Notes under the pieces: generated by a model
Databases searched by the model: none
Seen by the model: only the letters and a program-made list of their open reading frames with translations
Told to the model about the DNA's origin: nothing
NCBI GenBank assembly: GCA_038873795.1
Contig: JAVZDR010000016.1
Location: 1-11,366 of the forward strand
DNA from: Candidatus Micrarchaeaceae archaeon
GTDB lineage: Archaea; Micrarchaeota; Micrarchaeia; Micrarchaeales; CABMGC01
Length of the DNA: 11,366 nt
Reading direction: 5' to 3'
Program-made: the position numbers and the translations under genes
Part shown: positions 6,424 to 11,366 of the stretch, in pieces
How the letters are laid out: each line of letters starts with the position of its first letter
Numbering within the stretch: position 1 is the stretch's first letter

Positions 6424-6705
6424 ATGGCGAGGCAGTTCAGTCTTTATGATATAGAGCATTTCATAAGGGAGGCTGGCGCCGAGCGCGTCACAGAGGATGC
6501 TGTTGAGAGGCTTGAGAAGGAGCTTGAAAGGCTTGCTGAGGCTCTCACAAAGAGGTCTATTACATATGCCAAGCATGCGGGCAGGAACACGCTCATAAAG
6601 AAGTCGGACGTGCTCCTTGCAAGAAGCGCAGATCAAAAATGGGGCACGAAGATCTTGATGGCGAATGCGAGGAGAACAAAGGCAAATTCCAGAGCGGAAA
6701 GATAG
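6424..6705 (+). CDS. Archaeal histone (HMf-like fold), divergent, with C-terminal extension
   Basis: IREAGAERVTEDA and YAKHAGRNTLIKKSDVLLA match the HMf pattern (AGAERVS..A; HAGRKTIKAEDIELA). ATG 6424 has a G-rich SD 5 nt upstream; the ORF-track start at 6346 is unlikely. 93 aa. Confidence 0.9.
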   Translation: MARQFSLYDIEHFIREAGAERVTEDAVERLEKELERLAEALTKRSITYAKHAGRNTLIKKSDVLLARSADQKWGTKILMANARRTKANSRAER

Positions 6706-7676
6706 ATAGCCATCTCAGGCTCCCTTATCCTTTTCATGTTCATGACAAGGTGCGCCAAACTATAGATCTTCTTCCCATAAGGCGCTTTCAATGTTCCATC
6801 TTTCTGTGGTATGCCTAGGTCTGTGACGTCGAACCTTCTCCTAAGATGCAGGAAGAATTCTGCAAACCATGGTATGAAGATTATTATGCCGAAGAATTCG
6901 GCATTGCCCATTATCATTATGGTCACAAGGGCCGCACCAACGACATATGTGAAGCTGTCCCCAGGTATTATCTTGGCCTTGTAAAGATTGAAAGGCATGA
7001 AGCCTATGATGGCCGAGAGCAGCAGTGCAGAGAGTAGTAGGCCTATGCCATTGCCATAAAAGAAGGAATAGAGAAGGAGACCGAAAGCCGCGACAGCAGT
7101 CATGCATGCTTGCAAGCCATCAAAGCCACCGAGCAGGTTGACCGCATTTGAAACGAAAATTACAGCCAGGGGTATTATTACCAGGGGATATATGAGGAAA
7201 AGGTCAAGCGCACCTATGCCTGGAATGTATACTGTGCTTACTCCTGCATTTATGGCCATCAGCGGTATTGCACCTAAAGCGGTGAGCAGCGGCTTCTGCC
7301 AGCGCTCGAGGCCCTTGTTTATGCTCTTCATTCCTGTTGACCAGACTCGCCTGCCCTTTACGTTTATGTCGTCTATGAATCCCACGAATGCTATGAGCAT
7401 TATAGAAAGAGATGCTGCGAAGAGGTTGGGTATGCTTAGTATGGGCTTGAATATATATGTTGCACCGAATATGTAGATGAGTATGCCAAAGATTATGCCG
7501 AAGGCCACGCCTACGCCGCCACTGCTTGGCAGCTTTATCGGCCTGCCTTTGTTTCTGTCCTCAGCAATTATCCCAGCTTCGCTGAAATAGCCGATGATGA
7601 AGCGCACCGCTCCAACAGTTGCTACAAAGGTGAGCAGCGCAGGTACTATTACTGTAAGATAGACATGCGGATCCAT
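6633..7676 (-). CDS. UDP-GlcNAc:dolichyl-phosphate GlcNAc-1-phosphate transferase (AglH/GPT, MraY-like glycosyltransferase family 4)
   Basis: Polytopic membrane protein; PSSGG, VGFIDD, SNAVNLLGGFDGL, FNLYKAKIIPGDS, PWFAEFFL motifs. Confidence 0.88.
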   Translation of the reverse strand: MDPHVYLTVIVPALLTFVATVGAVRFIIGYFSEAGIIAEDRNKGRPIKLPSSGGVGVAFGIIFGILIYIFGATYIFKPILSIPNLFAASLSIMLIAFVGFIDDINVKGRRVWSTGMKSINKGLERWQKPLLTALGAIPLMAINAGVSTVYIPGIGALDLFLIYPLVIIPLAVIFVSNAVNLLGGFDGLQACMTAVAAFGLLLYSFFYGNGIGLLLSALLLSAIIGFMPFNLYKAKIIPGDSFTYVVGAALVTIMIMGNAEFFGIIIFIPWFAEFFLHLRRRFDVTDLGIPQKDGTLKAPYGKKIYSLAHLVMNMKRIREPEMAIYLSALEFAFVLLAFAIKIFVPHF

Positions 7677-7697
7677 AATAGAATATCATTGCTACAA

Positions 7698-7743
7698 GCT
7701 AAAAATCTTCTTGCACAAAATATTCTTGGCAAGAATTATAAGC
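7698..7743. promoter_or_regulatory. Back-to-back promoters of the GPT gene (-) and leuS (+)
   Basis: Minus GCAAGAAGA-TTTTTAGC (TATA-like 7705-7700, 29 nt from ATG 7676) and plus GCAAGAA-TTATAAGC (7729-7743). Both have the same purine-rich BRE-like heptamer. Confidence 0.6.
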
Positions 7744-7773
7744 TTGAATGTTCAAAGAGATGCGGGTGTTCCT

Positions 7774-10620
7774 ATAATAGATTACAAAAGCATAGAGGAG
7801 AAGTGGCAGGCTGAATGGGAGAAGGCCAAGATATTCGAGAGTGATGTAAACAATGAAAAGAAACCGTACATGGTCTTTGCAGCCTTTCCTTACGTCAATT
7901 CGCCACAGCATATAGGCCACCTGAGGACATACGGCACTGCAGACATACTCGCAAGGTACATGAGAATGCGTGGTTACAACGTTTTGTTCCCGATGGGCTT
8001 GCACGCCACCGGCACGCCTGTCCTGGCCTTTGCGAAGAGGATAGCGAACAATGACAAAGAACTCATCGATGAGATGAAGCTCTTCGAGGTTCCTGAAGAG
8101 GCGATAAAGAAGATGACAAGCCCAGAATTCATAGCCGAGTATTTCGAGAAGAGGACCATTGAAGAAATGCATAGGATGGGCTACAGCATAGATTGGCGCA
8201 GGATGTTTGTTTCCATCGAGCCATTCTTCAGCAAGTTCGTCGAATGGCAGTTTGGCATACTCAATGAGAAAGGGCTTCTTGTGCAGGGCAAGCATCCCGT
8301 GGGGTGGTGCCCCAACGAAAACAATGCGGTGGGGATGCACGATACCAAGCATGACGTAGAGCCGGAGATAGAAGAGGAAACGGCAATAAAGTTTAGGGTC
8401 GAGGGCGAAGACGCTGCGATGCTCTGCAGCACATACAGGCCTGAGACGATCTTTGGTGTGACAAACATCTTCGTCAACGAGGGCGCGCAGTACATCCTTT
8501 GCGAGATAGAAGGGAGCAAGTACTACATTGCAAAGGACGCGGCAGTCAGGCTGGGCTTCCAGATGAAGATAAAGCCAATAAGAGAGGTTGCGGCCTCTGA
8601 GCTGCTGCAGAAGAGATGCATAAACCCGATGACAAATGAATCAATACCGGTGCTGCCGGGATTCTTCGTCAAGCCAAGTCTCGGCACAGGGATGGTGATG
8701 AGTGTGCCTGCCCATGCGCCGTTCGATTATGCTGCCATTGAGAGGCTCAGGGCAAGCGGCTATCCGCTGCCCAATATAGTGCCTAAGAAGATAATAGAGG
8801 TAGAGATAGGAAGGTCGCTCAGCGATGTCAGTGCAGGCGAGGCCAAGGCATTGCACCCAGAGATACCAGCGCTCGCTTACCTTGAAATACTCCATACTGG
8901 GGTAAATGCCATAGACGACATGCTTGAATTTGCCACAAAGCTCCAGTACAGGGAGGAATCGCACTGGGGAAAGATGCTTGTAAAGGGCTATGAGGGCATG
9001 AATGAGCCTGATGCTAGGGAGAAGGTCAAGGAGGAGCTTATGAGAAGGGGCAGCGCCATTAGCATCTACATCCTTCAGAACGGCCCTGTGATCTGCAGGT
9101 GTGGGGCTGAGGTCGTTGTGAAAGTCGTAGAAGACCAGTGGTTTCTCAACTATGGCAACGCAAAATGGAAAGAGATGGCTAAGGATGCATTTGGCGGAGT
9201 TCGGGTGCTCCCAGACGTGCAGAGGAATGCAATAGCAGCAGCCATAGACTGGATAAACCTAAGGGCCGTCGCAAGGGCACAGGGGCTTGGAACGCGCTTC
9301 CCTCTTGATACGCACTTCATAATAGAATCACTCTCAGATTCAACAATCTATCCTGCATTCTACACTATATCAAACTTCATCAGGGGCATTGACGTGGGGA
9401 AGCTCAAGAGAGAGTTCTTCGACTATGTCTTCCGCGGTATAGGCGACGCTGATGCTGTATGCAAGTCCACAGGAATCGATTTCGAGGTCATAAAACGCTG
9501 CAGAGAGTCTTTCGACTATTGGTACAAGAATACATCAAACCATTCAGGACCTGATCTGATACCCAATCATATTACCATGTTCATCTTCAACCATGCGGTG
9601 GTATTTGAGAGGCAGTATTGGCCCAAGCAGATTGTGATAAATGGCACTGTCCTTTCGGAAGGAGAGAAGATGAGCAAGAGCCTCGGCAATATAGTGCCGC
9701 TCTCAGTCGGCATAAGGAAGTTCGGGGCTGATCCCCTGCGATTTGTTGTTGCGGGAAGTGTCGACATTCAGGGGGATGGAGAGTTCTCAGTTGCGGCAAT
9801 AAACGGTGCAAGCGAGAGATTCGAATACCTCTACAATCTTGCGCTGAAGGTAGACGAATTCGAGGCAACGGCCCTCAGCGACATAGACTACTGGCTATAT
9901 TCGAAGATGAACTCTAAGATAAAAAAGGCAACAGCCGCAATGGACGGGCTGCAGATGCGAACCGCATCGACCGAAATACTCTACAACTCTGTGCTAGAGC
10001 TCAAGCATTATTTCGAGCGCGGGGGCAAGAACAACATAGTGCTGAAGGAATTCATCCAAAACGTTTCGCTGATGCTCCAGCCTTTAGCGCCGCACATAGC
10101 TGAGGAAATATGGCATGCAATTGGCAACAACACTTTCGCATCTACAGAGAAATGGCCACCTGTAAGCGAGGAGATGATAAGCAGCAAGGTGGAGAGGAAG
10201 GAGGCGCTGCTTGAGGATGTGATAGAAGACATAGAGGCAGCCAAGCTCGCCATAAAGAAAAAATGCAAGGAGCCCAAAAGCGTTACAATAATTGTGGCAA
10301 GCGAGTGGAAAAGGTCAGCAATGAATACGCTTGCAGAAGCCAAGGACATAGACAAGGCTATAAGCACAGAGATGGGAAAGGGCGCAGGCACTGATGCTGG
10401 CAAGCTTGCCAAATATCTCTCAAGATTTGCCAAGTCGATAAACGAGGTTGAGAAGGTTGAGATAAGTGCGCAGGAAGAGTATTCATTCATAAACGGCGCG
10501 AAAGACTACATTGCAAAGAAGATAGGTTGCAGTGTGAATGTAGAACTGGAAGAGGCATCGAAGTCAGGCAGGGCTGAGAGGGCTGTGCCTTTGAAGCCAA
10601 GCATAGACATAGAATGCTGA
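7774..10620 (+). CDS. leuS: Leucyl-tRNA synthetase, archaeal/eukaryal type
   Basis: PYVNSPQHIGH (HIGH), GEKMSKSLGN (KMSKS), CP1 editing domain TYRPET and GTGMVMSVPAHAPFD, IESLSDSTIY. Start uncertain: ATA 7774 proposed; in-frame TTGs at 7711, 7726 and 7744 are alternatives. Confidence 0.97.
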   Translation: MIDYKSIEEKWQAEWEKAKIFESDVNNEKKPYMVFAAFPYVNSPQHIGHLRTYGTADILARYMRMRGYNVLFPMGLHATGTPVLAFAKRIANNDKELIDEMKLFEVPEEAIKKMTSPEFIAEYFEKRTIEEMHRMGYSIDWRRMFVSIEPFFSKFVEWQFGILNEKGLLVQGKHPVGWCPNENNAVGMHDTKHDVEPEIEEETAIKFRVEGEDAAMLCSTYRPETIFGVTNIFVNEGAQYILCEIEGSKYYIAKDAAVRLGFQMKIKPIREVAASELLQKRCINPMTNESIPVLPGFFVKPSLGTGMVMSVPAHAPFDYAAIERLRASGYPLPNIVPKKIIEVEIGRSLSDVSAGEAKALHPEIPALAYLEILHTGVNAIDDMLEFATKLQYREESHWGKMLVKGYEGMNEPDAREKVKEELMRRGSAISIYILQNGPVICRCGAEVVVKVVEDQWFLNYGNAKWKEMAKDAFGGVRVLPDVQRNAIAAAIDWINLRAVARAQGLGTRFPLDTHFIIESLSDSTIYPAFYTISNFIRGIDVGKLKREFFDYVFRGIGDADAVCKSTGIDFEVIKRCRESFDYWYKNTSNHSGPDLIPNHITMFIFNHAVVFERQYWPKQIVINGTVLSEGEKMSKSLGNIVPLSVGIRKFGADPLRFVVAGSVDIQGDGEFSVAAINGASERFEYLYNLALKVDEFEATALSDIDYWLYSKMNSKIKKATAAMDGLQMRTASTEILYNSVLELKHYFERGGKNNIVLKEFIQNVSLMLQPLAPHIAEEIWHAIGNNTFASTEKWPPVSEEMISSKVERKEALLEDVIEDIEAAKLAIKKKCKEPKSVTIIVASEWKRSAMNTLAEAKDIDKAISTEMGKGAGTDAGKLAKYLSRFAKSINEVEKVEISAQEEYSFINGAKDYIAKKIGCSVNVELEEASKSGRAERAVPLKPSIDIEC

Positions 10621-10667
10621 AGAGGAGCCGGCACGAATCAAAAAGGTAAGTATAAAAATACAGCAGC

Positions 10668-10675
10668 TTATATAT
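10668..10675 (+). promoter_or_regulatory. Putative TATA box of the rpl40e-wHTH-DUF2666 unit
   Basis: TTATATAT, 49 nt before ATG 10717; leader contains AAGGTA ending 5 nt before the start. Confidence 0.55.
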
Positions 10676-10716
10676 TTATTGTTTGATTTTTCGCAAGAGA
10701 GAGGCAAGGTAATAGC

Positions 10717-10869
10717 ATGGGCAGGTTTCCTATAGCAGATGCAGAGATCTCAAAGATATGGATATGCAAAAAATGCAAGGCGAGGAACAGGGCAGGTGCT
10801 ACAAAATGCAGGAAGTGCGGATACAAGTATCTGAGACCTAAGCACAAGGTGCTAGCTGCAAAGAAATAA
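10717..10869 (+). CDS. rpl40e: 50S ribosomal protein L40e
   Basis: Not in the ORF track (50 aa). [50 protein letters not shown] matches the L40e pattern IC..C.ARN...A.KCRKCG...LRPK. Confidence 0.96.
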   Translation: MGRFPIADAEISKIWICKKCKARNRAGATKCRKCGYKYLRPKHKVLAAKK

Positions 10870-10894
10870 GTTCTGCTCGATGAGGATTGATTAG

Positions 10895-11116
10895 ATGGTA
10901 GATCTAACACCTATAGAAACAGTTGTTATAAAGGCAATGAAGGACCTCGGCGCAACAAAGGAGGATGCGCTGAAAACCGCAGATGACATAGCGAAGAAGT
11001 GCAATAGGCCAAAGAGCATGGTCAACAATGCGCTCGTAAGCCTATCACAGAAAAATATAGTGAAGAGAGTGGCAAGGGAGAAGGCATCTGGCTACTACAT
11101 AATAGGCCAGGTATAG
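10895..11116 (+). CDS. Small basic winged-helix DNA-binding protein (73 aa)
   Basis: LTPIETVVIKAM...TADDIAKKCNRPKSMVNNALVSLSQKNIVKRV...GYYI: HTH followed by a beta wing; no effector domain. Confidence 0.8.
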   Translation: MVDLTPIETVVIKAMKDLGATKEDALKTADDIAKKCNRPKSMVNNALVSLSQKNIVKRVAREKASGYYIIGQV

Positions 11117-11124
11117 GTGCTTAT

Positions 11125-11366
11125 TTGGCTGATGGCAGAGATTCGATAGACTTCATAGCCAAATACAAAGACTGGATTGCCATAAAGAAAATGAGCATAC
11201 TTGAAGATACAAAGCCAGAGGAGGTTGCATTCCACCTTGCTGGGATAAGGCAGCGCATAGACGTAAAGGCCTTTGAGATACTCGGCATAGACATAGCTTC
11301 GCTTGACGCTTACGCGGCAAAGCTCACAAATGGCATGCGGAAGAGCTATGCGAATCTTGCAGAAGC
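11125..11366 (+). CDS. Archaeal conserved hypothetical protein, DUF2666-like (partial)
   Basis: Open frame from TTG 11125 (GGTG 11116-11119, 5 nt upstream) to the window end: MADGRDSIDFIAKYKDWIAIKKMSILEDTKPEEVAFHLAGIRQRID... The F-x-AK-x3-W-x3-KK...T...E pattern recalls DUF2666 (from memory). Confidence 0.72.
   Translation, partial: MADGRDSIDFIAKYKDWIAIKKMSILEDTKPEEVAFHLAGIRQRIDVKAFEILGIDIASLDAYAAKLTNGMRKSYANLAE

Noticed and set aside
7699..10490. Minus-strand ORFs up to 217 aa within leuS
   Set aside because: Antisense shadows with no recognisable motifs.
10668..10910. 80-aa minus-strand ORF
   Set aside because: Antisense to rpl40e, which is clearly the real gene.
1..11366. CRISPR array, IS element, integrase, intein or defence system
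   Set aside because: No spaced repeats, terminal inverted repeats, transposase or intein motifs; genes are housekeeping or small conserved hypotheticals.

Overview
Core-genome window from an archaeon, most likely DPANN (Micrarchaeota-like, judged only from gene content, compact layout and protein style). It holds 14 genes. Minus-strand run: glyS, Ogg1-type 8-oxoguanine glycosylase, Translin/Trax (partial, missing from the ORF track). Then a small Cys/His zinc-finger protein and an N-terminally short Nop5; a small Toprim protein plus archaeal dnaG; hjc and a divergent histone; an AglH/GPT-type transferase; leuS; rpl40e (missing from the ORF track); a small winged-helix protein; and a partial DUF2666-like gene. 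I see no mobile element, CRISPR array, tRNA or rRNA. Most interesting unexplained signals: (1) a ~98-nt rod-like RNA hairpin with strand-specific G.U pairs directly upstream of the Toprim-dnaG pair; (2) a probable ATA start codon for leuS, supported by a fixed GGTG-5nt-start spacing in this window and overlapped by a short Leu-terminated uORF; (3) a histone variant whose basic C-terminal tail is encoded antisense to the neighbouring gene; (4) a Nop5 lacking most of its fibrillarin-binding domain. All family calls come from motif recognition, not database searches.
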